Notes: a model not told the origin generated them from the letters alone. Counted from the first letter of the stretch, positions 41,523 through 52,176 are shown. The stretch is 59,675 bases of DNA from Nitrososphaeraceae archaeon (GCA_035250975.1 DATFEP010000083.1:1-59675); one strand, 5' to 3'. Numbers and translations are program-made.

Positions 41523-42878
41523 ATGGAATATAGGAAGATTGCCAAATATGATTTTATGATATTACTCATTTTTTTATCTAGCATATTACTATTTCCTAAC
41601 ATATCAGGACAAGTTAATAGCCAGATTGAGATCAACAAAACAGACAAATCTATTTTTATGAACAATAACCAAAATCAAAATTATATTGATGATGAAAGTA
41701 TAAAAATTCCTAATCAATTTATTATTTACCTCAGGGATACTAATTACAATGGTTTAAATTCTATCGATCCATTAGAATTTTATGAAGAGGAATTAAAAAA
41801 TACTGGAACAGAGTTATTATTTACATACAACCATGTAGCAAAAGGTTTGGCTATAAAGATTCCAGATGAAAGTGTTTTAGAACTACTAAAAAGTAATCCA
41901 GTTGTAGAATACATAGGCCAAGATAGAGTAGTATCAATTTTTAATCATCAGAAAACATTTGCTCAACAAACTGAGCAAGAATTGCCTATGGGAATTGATA
42001 GAGTAGATGGTGATTTAAATTTTATTCAAGATGACATGCATTCGATTAATGCTGATATTGCAATTTTAGATACTGGAATAGATTTAGATCACAATGATTT
42101 GAATGTGTATCAACAAACAACATTTACTTCTGGAACAAATACAGCGGATGATGATCATGGACACGGTACACATATTGCGGGAATAGCTGCTGCTAAGAAT
42201 AATTCATTTGGTACTGTAGGTATAGCACCAGGAGCTAGACTGTGGGCAATAAAAGTTCTTGAAGAAAATGGAGCAGGAGATATTTCTACCTTAATCAAGG
42301 GTTTAGACTATGTAGTACAAAATTCGGATCAGATGGATGTAGCAGTATTAAGTCTTGGATGTCAATGTAACTCTAGAGCTTTAGATGTAGCAGTAAACCA
42401 AGCAGTTAATGCAGGGGTAACACTTGTTGTTGCCTCAGGAAATGATGGAAAAAATGCACGTACATTTTCTCCAGCTAATAATCCCAATGTCATAGCTGTT
42501 TCTGCAATTGTAGATACAGATGGGAAATGTGGAGGAAATGGACGGAATACAATATACGGAGCAGATGACACGTTAGCAAGTTTTAGTAATTATGGAGATG
42601 TGGTAGATATTGCTGCACCTGGTGTAGAAATTTTTTCTACATATAAATCTGGTTCATATGCTAGTTTAACAGGTACTAGTATGGCTGCTCCTCACGTTGC
42701 TGGAGCTGCAGCATTATATATAAGTACACATAAAAATTCATCACCGATAGAAGTCAAAAATCATTTAATTGCATCAGGATCACATATATCAGATTTTTGT
42801 GATGGGAATGGTCTTGGGTATTTTTCAGCAGATAAAGATAATTTTCATGAGCCATTATTGTATGTAGCTAATAAATAG
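41523..42878 (+). CDS. Secreted subtilisin-like S8 serine protease with I9-type prodomain
   Basis: Signal peptide, ILDTGID, HGHGTHIAG and GTSMAAPHVAG. Confidence 0.95.
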   Translation: MEYRKIAKYDFMILLIFLSSILLFPNISGQVNSQIEINKTDKSIFMNNNQNQNYIDDESIKIPNQFIIYLRDTNYNGLNSIDPLEFYEEELKNTGTELLFTYNHVAKGLAIKIPDESVLELLKSNPVVEYIGQDRVVSIFNHQKTFAQQTEQELPMGIDRVDGDLNFIQDDMHSINADIAILDTGIDLDHNDLNVYQQTTFTSGTNTADDDHGHGTHIAGIAAAKNNSFGTVGIAPGARLWAIKVLEENGAGDISTLIKGLDYVVQNSDQMDVAVLSLGCQCNSRALDVAVNQAVNAGVTLVVASGNDGKNARTFSPANNPNVIAVSAIVDTDGKCGGNGRNTIYGADDTLASFSNYGDVVDIAAPGVEIFSTYKSGSYASLTGTSMAAPHVAGAAALYISTHKNSSPIEVKNHLIASGSHISDFCDGNGLGYFSADKDNFHEPLLYVANK

Positions 42879-42892
42879 AATTATAATTAAAT

Positions 42893-43168
42893 CTAGTTTG
42901 CTGGTGGAGGAAGTGATTCCGGACATACTTGTATACATACTTTATCCTTTGGACAAGGCGGCATCGAACATATTTTAGAAAGATTTGAGATCAGAGACTT
43001 TTCTGTAATATTCGTACTATTTTTGACAGTAGTAGAATTATCAAATGTTACTGTATTATTTTCTTGATTTTGTATTATTCCTTCTATATTAGTAGAATTG
43101 AACCAAATGGCAATCAATACAGATAGAGAAATAAAAATGATTGTAATATAGTAAATATTTAATTGCAT
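42893..43168 (-). CDS. Small exported protein with Cys/Pro-rich tail
   Basis: N-terminal TM, several NxS/T sites and CSMPPCPKDKVCIQVCP. Confidence 0.65.
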   Translation of the reverse strand: MQLNIYYITIIFISLSVLIAIWFNSTNIEGIIQNQENNTVTFDNSTTVKNSTNITEKSLISNLSKICSMPPCPKDKVCIQVCPESLPPPAN

Positions 43169-43870
43169 ATAATATATTAGATAGATCGTTACATATTTAA
43201 AAATTAGTATTTAAAATAGTTTTAATATCTTAATTTATAAAATTCATATCGAAATTATTTTTTTATAAATTGGTAATATATTATTTTGTTATCAAGTTTA
43301 ATTATATATAAATAAGCAAATAATATAAATACAAAACATAATCATGAAAGTTATCAGCAGATTACATTGAGGAATAAATTTTTACTTTTGGATAAACTAT
43401 TATATTATGTAGAATTTTCACATCAACCTCTTCATTTTGTCCTATTAATTCTACATTACGATATACTGCTAATGAGATAAAGTCGCAGATGAATTCTTTA
43501 AATTGAATATATTTCAACTTCATTTTTTATTTTTTGAATATTAAAGGATTTAAACATCAAAATCGAATGTTTATTAAAAATTGAGTAAAGTACACGGTAT
43601 ATAATTCAAATAGTTTTAAAATAGATCTCTTGGATTCACATAATACCAATTAATATCATTATTGACGATGCAACTAATCCCGTTAATATACTAAATCCAG
43701 ATAAAAAAATAGTTTGTTTTTTCATATTTTATAGTAAATAATATTTTTTGATTTATACAGTTCTCAGAATTTTTCTAACTGAATATTGTATCAAATATTT
43801 TTAGATAAAAGGTATTTAAGTTTTTTATTTAAGAATATTAAGTATATTATGTTACTAATTTATTAAAATA

Positions 43871-46453
43871 TTATTGATGATTGTATAATATCTGTCTTTG
43901 AGAATTTTCATCATCATTAATTATAATTGAATGATAATTATTTCCTTCTATTTCTGTGTGAGATATTAGAAAAATTTGCTTGAAGCTTTTATCATTTATT
44001 AATATATTCATTATAATATTTCTTCTGGCTTCATCCAAGCTAGTTAATGGTTCATCTAAAATTATAAAATTGATCATTGGAATCTTTTTTTCTATATATT
44101 TAAAAGGTCTTATAGTTGACATAAGTTTTGATATGGCTATTCTAAGGGCCAAACCAAGCGCGGATTCATCTCCACCACTTAATTGTTCTTTGCTTTTTTG
44201 AACTCCATCTTTATCATCTAATAGAGTCATTGTTAATCCATGAGATATTTTGTCTTTGATTTTTCGCATGGTACTTGATACATTTGCTATTTTATACCTT
44301 CCTTCAGTAAAAGGTACAAGATAATAATTTGTGCTTCTCATCAAAACACTAGCAAGTTTACCTTCAACTATATCATTGGATATGAATCCATCAATTTCAC
44401 CAATTAGAAACAAAATATGCCTCAATGCATTCTCTTTTTCTTCTAATTCTACTTCTGATTGAAGTAAATTATTAATTCTTTTTATTCGTAGATTGATCTC
44501 ATTTCGTAAGAAGCAAGCATCCTCTTTAATGATTTCGATTAAATTAGATTTTTCTTTAATATGTATTGTTAGATCAGTTCTTTTGGAGATCAATCCATCA
44601 ATATTTTCACACAAAAAGGGCCTCAATAGATCTTCTAAATTTACTATTTTTAAATTTTTATAATATTCTATTAAAAGTTTATCCGCTGATTCTATTTGTA
44701 ATTTTGCTTGATTTTGTTGTGAAAAAAGATTATTTATTTCATTCATTAATCTTTCTAAGTTTATATTTTCTGATCTAAGTTTATCTTCAAAATTTTTGAC
44801 AAGTTCTCTTGATGTAAAAATCTCATTTTCTTTTTTCATTATTTTTGAAAATAGATCGTCAATTATTTTATATGTTGACTTGGATATTTCGTAATTACAT
44901 TGAGATAATTCTATAACAGAATTTAGCTGGTCATAAAAGTGAAATCGTTTTTCTATCATTCCACTAATAATTGGAACGAGGAATTCTAAAGCTTGTTTTA
45001 TATTTTTTTTATTATCTAATTGTTTTTCTATTTTTTGTAATTGTTTTTCTATAATATCGATATCAGTTTTAACAATATTTTCTTGTCGAGAAATATTATG
45101 TATTTCTCTTCGTATATTTGTAACCAAAATAGAATTATTATCTATAACATTTGAGCATATCGGACAAGTATTATTATTACTGATATATTCCATACTACTT
45201 TTTTTAATATCAGATAAAATTTGATTTGTATTTAGAAGATGTTTATGTTCATCTAATAATTTAATATTCTTGTCTTTTTCATCTCCAAGATTTTTTATAT
45301 GCTCATCATTTTTCTTTATTTCTCGTTTTATATCTTGCAAATTATCAATAGAAATATTTTGAAAATCAAATGAAGATAATCCAGACTGTAGTATTAGATT
45401 TTTGATATGTTTCTCATCATTTTCAATATTTTGTAAAATATCTCTAGCATTTTTAATATTACTTATTTTTGGATATTTTTGAATTTCTTCTAATAACATA
45501 TTTATGGTAATATTTAGATCGTATATTTTATCTTGAAGTTCTTTAATTCGATTTTTTTGAATTGATAAATTTTCTTTTTCGCGATCTGTAATTTTTTCTA
45601 TATAATTTAGATTGTCTTGGTTTTTGTTAATAGTTTCAATATTTTTTTTTATCTCAAGCAATAATTCCTTTTTTGGATATGTAGCAAGAACATTCTCATC
45701 ATACAATAATTCTTTTTGTTCTGATGATAATTTTTCTTCTTTATCTTTCAAAATGTTATTTTGCTTGTCTAATTCAATTCTTTCTGTCATTAAATTTCCT
45801 ATTAGAGTATTCAAATTATTTATATCTTGATTAAGTCCATTTACTTTTTTTCTTAAATAGTTTTTAATCTTGAAATCAAATTCTTCCAAACCAAAAAGAT
45901 TCTTCATAAGATCTCGTAATTCACTTGGATCAGCTAATGCTAGTTTATCTACCTCTTTTTGTCGGATATATATTGTTTTTTCTATAGCTTCAGGATAAAT
46001 TCCTAATAGTGATTCTATTTCTCTATTAACTGTACTCGTTCCTCGACAGATTTGAACGAATTTATATTTATTATCATTATTTACTCTCTCTTGCTTGAAG
46101 AGTAATGCAGAGGATTTAATCATATTATTAATACTAGAATTAGTTTCGTTTTTTTGTACTTTTTTGTTTACTACTTCCATAGTTCTAATGACACGATATT
46201 GAACCTCACTAATCTCAAAAGTAACTATAACCTCACATTTTAATTCTCCATTTTTGATCAGTATTTTTCTATCTTTTTCTGCCATTAATTGTTCTCCTAA
46301 AATTCCCCAAAGAATGGCTTCAATGAAACTTGTTTTTCCCATGGAATTTTTTCCCTTAATAAAGAAAAAGCCTTCTTTAAAATATCCATCTGAAGGAATT
46401 GAAATATTATGAAAAGGTTTGAAATTTCGTGCCTCAATTTTTAATATTTTCAT
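43871..46453 (-). CDS. rad50: Rad50/SbcC-like SMC ATPase
   Basis: Walker A GKNSMGKTS, Q-loop YIRQ, central CPIC zinc hook in a coiled coil, signature LSGGD, Walker B IILDEP and LISH. Confidence 0.93.
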   Translation of the reverse strand: MKILKIEARNFKPFHNISIPSDGYFKEGFFFIKGKNSMGKTSFIEAILWGILGEQLMAEKDRKILIKNGELKCEVIVTFEISEVQYRVIRTMEVVNKKVQKNETNSSINNMIKSSALLFKQERVNNDNKYKFVQICRGTSTVNREIESLLGIYPEAIEKTIYIRQKEVDKLALADPSELRDLMKNLFGLEEFDFKIKNYLRKKVNGLNQDINNLNTLIGNLMTERIELDKQNNILKDKEEKLSSEQKELLYDENVLATYPKKELLLEIKKNIETINKNQDNLNYIEKITDREKENLSIQKNRIKELQDKIYDLNITINMLLEEIQKYPKISNIKNARDILQNIENDEKHIKNLILQSGLSSFDFQNISIDNLQDIKREIKKNDEHIKNLGDEKDKNIKLLDEHKHLLNTNQILSDIKKSSMEYISNNNTCPICSNVIDNNSILVTNIRREIHNISRQENIVKTDIDIIEKQLQKIEKQLDNKKNIKQALEFLVPIISGMIEKRFHFYDQLNSVIELSQCNYEISKSTYKIIDDLFSKIMKKENEIFTSRELVKNFEDKLRSENINLERLMNEINNLFSQQNQAKLQIESADKLLIEYYKNLKIVNLEDLLRPFLCENIDGLISKRTDLTIHIKEKSNLIEIIKEDACFLRNEINLRIKRINNLLQSEVELEEKENALRHILFLIGEIDGFISNDIVEGKLASVLMRSTNYYLVPFTEGRYKIANVSSTMRKIKDKISHGLTMTLLDDKDGVQKSKEQLSGGDESALGLALRIAISKLMSTIRPFKYIEKKIPMINFIILDEPLTSLDEARRNIIMNILINDKSFKQIFLISHTEIEGNNYHSIIINDDENSQRQILYNHQ

Positions 46454-46464
46454 TATAGAATCAC

Positions 46465-47763
46465 TTATTCTTTTAGAGCTTCGAAGAAAAATTTAGCCAA
46501 TAAATTCGAATCTAAATTGTGTTTTTTTAGATCCGCCTTTCTAGTAGAATCTACATATTCTTTAAATTCTTGTTCTGGATCTTCTATTAAATATTCAATA
46601 AATGGATCATCTTGTCCAATTTTATTACTAGATTCATTAAAATCTGAGTAATGTGGAACATCTAAAATAAATTCCACGATATTATATTCATTACTATCTA
46701 ACGTAATTTTATTTAAATATGATGCTATTTCATTCAGATGAAAGGAAGATCCATAATTTTTGTTACCTTTTAAGCTGATTTTAACTCTCGCGGCCGTAAA
46801 ATAATTGTATCCAACATTCAAATCATGTTGTTTAAAAATATCCTTAACTCTTTCTATGATCTGTATATTAGTATCATTTTCTAATATTTTTACTTCTTCT
46901 ACAACTATTTTTCTTTGACGTTTAAAAAATTTTGGATTTATTTTTAATTTATGTTTATTAGAATTTATATTTATTATTAAATAACCTTTATCATAACTTT
47001 GTTCCCCAAAGCTCCATAGCTCCGTGGAACCAGAATACCATGCTGTATCAGTTACTTGTTGCATTTTATGGTTATCTCCAAGAGCTACATAATCATAGTT
47101 TGCCATTAAAAAATTGCTGTGTAACGTATTATTTTCTATCATTCCATGAGCTAATCCAACATTTATCATATTAGGATCAATGTTATTATTTTGAATTAAA
47201 ATCCATTCTTTGTATTTTGTAAATAATTGAGACATATCATTAGATTCGATTGATGGATGAGCGTGAATCCTTAAGTTAAGTTCTTGGAAGTCTTTGAACA
47301 AAGGTTTCTTGTCTCTAATACTATCTCTTATATCAAAATAGGTAAATAGGTGAACATTATCAAAGAGAATTGGATATTCACTCAATGTAGAAATTCGGTA
47401 TTGTGTATATCTTCCATGATTTCCGTCGATAAGCACTATAGGTATCTTATTGTGATGTAATGTTTTAAACGTCTCTGCAACAACTTTCCTAGCAAGTTCC
47501 GGTGGTGGATTGGCATCATTAGCTGAAGGAGTATCAAAAAAATCTCCACTATGTAAAATAATATCTGGTTTTAGATTACTATCAGTTATAATTTCATCTA
47601 CGAATGTCTTCCAGACATTATAGAAATCATCTTCGATTGGCTTTATTTCTTGATTAATTATAGAAGGTCTTGTTCTTTTTGGTCTTTTACCAAGATGAGT
47701 GTCAGAAATATGAATAATCTTTAGAATAAACCTATCACCCTTATTTGGTAAATAAGTAATCAT
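46465..47763 (-). CDS. mre11: Mre11/SbcD-like metallophosphoesterase nuclease (variant motifs)
   Basis: HISDTHLG, SGDFFD, DGNHG, AHG, ALGDNH and YSGSTE...KGY. Confidence 0.88.
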   Translation of the reverse strand: MITYLPNKGDRFILKIIHISDTHLGKRPKRTRPSIINQEIKPIEDDFYNVWKTFVDEIITDSNLKPDIILHSGDFFDTPSANDANPPPELARKVVAETFKTLHHNKIPIVLIDGNHGRYTQYRISTLSEYPILFDNVHLFTYFDIRDSIRDKKPLFKDFQELNLRIHAHPSIESNDMSQLFTKYKEWILIQNNNIDPNMINVGLAHGMIENNTLHSNFLMANYDYVALGDNHKMQQVTDTAWYSGSTELWSFGEQSYDKGYLIININSNKHKLKINPKFFKRQRKIVVEEVKILENDTNIQIIERVKDIFKQHDLNVGYNYFTAARVKISLKGNKNYGSSFHLNEIASYLNKITLDSNEYNIVEFILDVPHYSDFNESSNKIGQDDPFIEYLIEDPEQEFKEYVDSTRKADLKKHNLDSNLLAKFFFEALKE

Positions 47764-47768
47764 TCAAT

Positions 47769-49655
47769 TCAAAAATCATAACTATCTTGAGTATAAGAGA
47801 GATTGTTTTTTGACATTTGATTGTATGACAATAGTTTATTTTCTTTGATAAAACTTTCAGATAGATTAAAGACATTTAAAAATAATGGGGTTCCAGCAAA
47901 TGAAAGTGGTGAAACTGGACCCTGACTCATAAAGGAATATTTTTTAGACTTGGTATTAAATGAGTTTGCAGGATCAGTAAAGGATTGATATAATTTGATG
48001 GCATTCTGGTCTGATACCAACTCTTTCATAGTTACTAGATCACTTCCTAAAGACAATCCAAACCCACAAAAAAATATTCTTAATTGTTGCAATATGTCTT
48101 TGTGGATACTTGATAAAGAAGTACTAATAAACATCCATCCGAGTCCATATTTTCTAGTAGTCCTTACGGCATCTAATAATGCTAATCTTACATTTTCTAA
48201 ATCGTTGGAGTTTTCATATTTTTCTCTCCTTGCGAATCTATGTGCTTCATCCAATACAACTAAAGTATTTAAAGAATTATTTTGTTCCCAACTTTTTTCT
48301 CCCAAATAGATTAAGCCATAAAGAAGTCTCTTTAGAACTAGAGCTTGTATAGTTTCATTCCAATAATCTAATTTCATGTTATGAGCACTTTGTAAAGAGA
48401 GATCAACTATGATCATAGGTTTGTCATCAAAAGTAAATTTCTTTAGCAAGGAGTCTACAGTTTGTGCACCAGGTCTATAATGAAATAATTGACACATAGG
48501 TTTCCAAATTTTTTCGTAAATATAATCCTCATCTAATTCAGAAAGAACAGTGTTTAACCTTGACCGTGGTTCTGCTGTAGAATAGATTAGTAATTGAATG
48601 TTTGGATTACGCAAAATATTAAGTACTTTGTGAAATGATTCTAGTTCTACTAGATTGGTTAGACTTATATGTTGTCTACTTTTCAATTCATTAATCAAAA
48701 TATTTGCTGCATCTCTTTTATTTTCTCCCTTTATTGATAAATATGAAAAGAATGATGATTCATATAGAATTTCTTCAAAAAGATCCCACCTATCTAATAT
48801 TAGATTTCTAATATTAACTACTTCAAATTTTTTACCTAAAGATAATAAAACTTCTTTCATATTTATATAAAATGCATTATTTTTTTGCTTATTATAGATT
48901 TCAGTTGCATCAAAGATTGTTTCTTTCGAAAACTCTCCTACTGGATCAAATATCAATAATCCCATTGAGGGATATTTAGAATAGGCCATAAAAATCATTT
49001 TAGCTAATGTTGATTTTCCAGAACCTGTTGTACCAAATATTCCTAAATGATATGCTTCACCAGCTCCATTGGAACCATCACCAAAATGTTTGAACCACAT
49101 AGGTAACTTGGTTTTTGATCCATAAACATGTCCAAGATAAAATAATTTATCCAAATGTTTTTCTAATAGGGAATCTAAAATGGCATCATTTGTTAAATGA
49201 ATGAATGTTCCTGTAGGAGGTACAGTTCCTAATAAACTAGTATCAAAAAAATTTTCCTCTTTATTATTACTAAATACTGCACTACACAGCAGTTTTCCTA
49301 CATGTGTATCTTGAATACCACTTATAGGATTAACTAGGCCTCTTTGTCGTGCAACAGATTTTATTGTTGGATCTTCTAACAGTGCATTTTTAAGCTCTAT
49401 TTCGGTGATTTGTCCTAAGGAATAATTGGATTGTGAATCCTGTATGTATTTAAAAATTACTAATTCGCCAACTAATTTTTTAGTTACTGCATTATGTAAA
49501 ATATTTAGACTTAATTCACTTGTAGATGATGGTGAGCCTATCGTACCTATAGGTTCGGTATTTGACAGTAATTGGTCTAGTTTATGATCACAACTTGATT
49601 TTATATCATAGTTTTCATTATATTTGTTGGAATCATAATTTGCATTATTTTCCAT
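47769..49655 (-). CDS. herA: HerA-like (FtsK/HerA superfamily) ATPase with N-terminal HAS-barrel-like region
   Basis: GTTGSGKST, FDPVGEF, VLDEAHRF and TRKYGLG. Confidence 0.9.
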   Translation of the reverse strand: MENNANYDSNKYNENYDIKSSCDHKLDQLLSNTEPIGTIGSPSSTSELSLNILHNAVTKKLVGELVIFKYIQDSQSNYSLGQITEIELKNALLEDPTIKSVARQRGLVNPISGIQDTHVGKLLCSAVFSNNKEENFFDTSLLGTVPPTGTFIHLTNDAILDSLLEKHLDKLFYLGHVYGSKTKLPMWFKHFGDGSNGAGEAYHLGIFGTTGSGKSTLAKMIFMAYSKYPSMGLLIFDPVGEFSKETIFDATEIYNKQKNNAFYINMKEVLLSLGKKFEVVNIRNLILDRWDLFEEILYESSFFSYLSIKGENKRDAANILINELKSRQHISLTNLVELESFHKVLNILRNPNIQLLIYSTAEPRSRLNTVLSELDEDYIYEKIWKPMCQLFHYRPGAQTVDSLLKKFTFDDKPMIIVDLSLQSAHNMKLDYWNETIQALVLKRLLYGLIYLGEKSWEQNNSLNTLVVLDEAHRFARREKYENSNDLENVRLALLDAVRTTRKYGLGWMFISTSLSSIHKDILQQLRIFFCGFGLSLGSDLVTMKELVSDQNAIKLYQSFTDPANSFNTKSKKYSFMSQGPVSPLSFAGTPLFLNVFNLSESFIKENKLLSYNQMSKNNLSYTQDSYDF

Positions 49656-49663
49656 ATTCTTTT

Positions 49664-50869
49664 TTACATCCCACTTTCTGTTCTATACGAATGCATTATA
49701 AAAATGATATCAGAGATATCTTCTCTAGTATTGTCTTGTTCAAGTTCTGCTAAATTATTTGTTAGAATTTGTTTATATGCAGGAATGGCTGGTGCTATAT
49801 GCTTAACTATCCGATCTGCAAGATAGAGAGGATACGGCTCTATTATTGATGGAACGATACATTGATTTTTTATTGTTTGAAGTAATGGATGTAGTCTGTT
49901 GTTATCAATAGCTATCGAATATGGAATTTCTATCCTCAAAGCTGGCGACCATTTGTATGGCTTGTAATATATAACATGAAGTTGTGTAATTTTTTCAAGC
50001 ACATCATCCATTAAGCTTTCGAGCTCGTTATGCTCCTTTTTAGAATTTTCATTATTTTCATAATAAAAATTTGGAATTTTCATATGCCAATTTTCTTTGA
50101 TTGTGAATGGTCTTGGTATTGTGTATTCTCCCTCATTTAATATCAAAGTTAAAATGGCGCGATCATCATAGTCTCTGGGCCAATCAAAAATATTTCCAAT
50201 GTCATTTCGTGAAGTATATTTTGGTATTCCTACCCATTGTTTTTCTACATTACTCGATTCTAAAATTATCTTGTAAGAGAGTAGAAATTCTTTATATGAA
50301 TCTCTGATTTTATTGGCGGTATTTGTTTTTCGTTTTTCTATGAAATCAATCGCTTTATACATATGTATAAGGCCAGTTGTAAGTGATCCGTCCAAGAAAA
50401 TTAGATTATATGGTGAATTGGCTGCTAAATTTATCTCCATTTCAATCATTAGACCTCTTGCAGCAATCATATTTTCAGGATCATGTTTTTCAGTATTGAT
50501 AAACACGTTATGATTTGGTGATTCCCATTTTCCCTTTTGTTGATCCGAAGACATTAGACCTTCTACACCTACAGTTCCTATAGCAATAAGATCAGTTCCA
50601 AGAAGTCTTTCTATGGCATAAGCTCCATCTACCGCACAACACGTCAAAGGTTTTTGAGATTTTATTTCAGAATCATTTTTTAATATACAGGACTTATCTA
50701 ATTGGGAACGAAAGTAATTTTTTTTCTTTTTAATAGTATTGATTGAATTAAATAATTCGGTTCCGATCTGTGTAGTTTTGGATAACATTTCTTCAACCAT
50801 CGAGGCTGGAATATCTAAAAATGGATAATTACTAAAATTATTGTAAATTGTTGCATCGTTTCTATTCAT
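49664..50869 (-). CDS. nurA: NurA-like nuclease
   Basis: CAVDGA, IFLDGSL, GIPK and EPYPLYLAD. Directly upstream of herA. Confidence 0.87.
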   Translation of the reverse strand: MNRNDATIYNNFSNYPFLDIPASMVEEMLSKTTQIGTELFNSINTIKKKKNYFRSQLDKSCILKNDSEIKSQKPLTCCAVDGAYAIERLLGTDLIAIGTVGVEGLMSSDQQKGKWESPNHNVFINTEKHDPENMIAARGLMIEMEINLAANSPYNLIFLDGSLTTGLIHMYKAIDFIEKRKTNTANKIRDSYKEFLLSYKIILESSNVEKQWVGIPKYTSRNDIGNIFDWPRDYDDRAILTLILNEGEYTIPRPFTIKENWHMKIPNFYYENNENSKKEHNELESLMDDVLEKITQLHVIYYKPYKWSPALRIEIPYSIAIDNNRLHPLLQTIKNQCIVPSIIEPYPLYLADRIVKHIAPAIPAYKQILTNNLAELEQDNTREDISDIIFIMHSYRTESGM

Positions 50870-50962
50870 AAATTATATCGAAAATGTTATTGTTTTTATT
50901 TAATTTTAATGATTGGTTTTTTTAAAAGAAAGATCTATCCATTGAATTTATGTATTATACTT

Positions 50963-50991
50963 TATATTAGACATATATATTAGACATATAT
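50963..50991. promoter_or_regulatory. 13-bp direct repeat upstream of the nurA operon (possible operator)
   Basis: tatattagacata x2, ~95 bp upstream of the nurA ATG. Confidence 0.35.
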
Positions 50992-51936
50992 TACTATTAT
51001 TTTTTATTATATTAAAATTTTTCCAGAGATTCTAGACTTGTATAAAACGTGTTTATTTCTATAGAATGACCTATTAATTATTAATTTTAAATATACAGAA
51101 CTTCCTAATTCCGTCTAACATTGAGCATTAAAAACAATATGAAATAGATATAGTATGTATATTTCTTTAGGTTAATAGATAACTGTAGTAACTTGATAAT
51201 TTTTAATGGCTCATAAAAAATATGTCTATTTTATATAATAGATGCACTTATTAAATTAAGATAAATATAATATATTAGGTTATAGGAAATTGATTTTCAA
51301 TTCCCGCTTTACTAATGGTTTTTAGATCTGGAGAATATTACTTTTTTTCATCCATAGCAACAGTTGTGGAAGAATCACTATGAAATTGCAAACTTTGTCG
51401 GAGGGTTATGTTATGGATGTCGAAGAATCGTTTGTAAAAATTCAAGGTATAAAGGTAACCATGGTGACAATATACAAAATGACGGTGACAGGATTCATCA
51501 TATAATAAAGTGTATAGTGATTAAACTGGTAATCTTGAAATCATATAAATCTGACCACCCACAAGAAGTGAAATATAAGTAATTAATTGATAAGTTGGGG
51601 TATTCTTGATCCTGTACAACAAATAGACAGCTTTCAGATAGAGGTTACAACATATTTTGATGATTTTATTTCAACCACAACAATAAAAATAGCTAAAAAA
51701 AATCAAAAGATGAGATATATAAGCAAATTAATAATAAAATAGTCAGGCAAATTATTTGGTTGGTTTATTAACTTTTAATAATTTTTATGCTGTCACACTA
51801 ATTTTCAGCTAAAATAATGACTATTTACTTTCAATTTTTAGATTATTTAGAATATATTTCTCAGAATATGACTTGGATTTCAATTTTAACAATAGAAATG
51901 TAAAACTTTTTATAAATTAGATTAATTATTTCTTTA

Positions 51937-52176
51937 ATGAAAAAAATCTTTACAATAGCAATAATGGCTCTTGCAATAGGCGTTATTGGTATAGGAAGCA
52001 ATTCATTTAATATATTGGCTCAAATGGCAGACGACCAAATGTTAGAGGGAACAAATGCTATGAATGCTACAAATGCGACAGCAGCAACAACTGCATCAGC
52101 AGGGACAACATCAGATGATGACGAGGACGATAAAGACGATAAAGACGATAAAGACGATAAAGAGGACGATGACTAG
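51937..52176 (+). CDS. Small secreted protein with acidic DDK-repeat tail
   Basis: Signal peptide MKKIFTIAIMALAIG, NAT sequons and an acidic tail. Confidence 0.7.
   Translation: MKKIFTIAIMALAIGVIGIGSNSFNILAQMADDQMLEGTNAMNATNATAATTASAGTTSDDDEDDKDDKDDKDDKEDDD
52126..52161 (+). repeat. 9-bp tandem repeat x4
   Basis: gacgataaa x4, with a degenerate further unit after the stop codon. Confidence 0.92.

Noticed and set aside
51364-51582. 72-aa ORF upstream of the operon
   Set aside because: No recognisable motif and a TTG start. Probably decayed sequence.
52126-52161. CRISPR array, considered for this repeat and those at 7699-7770 and 14246-14290
   Set aside because: All are spacer-less, in-frame coding tandem repeats, and no cas genes are present.
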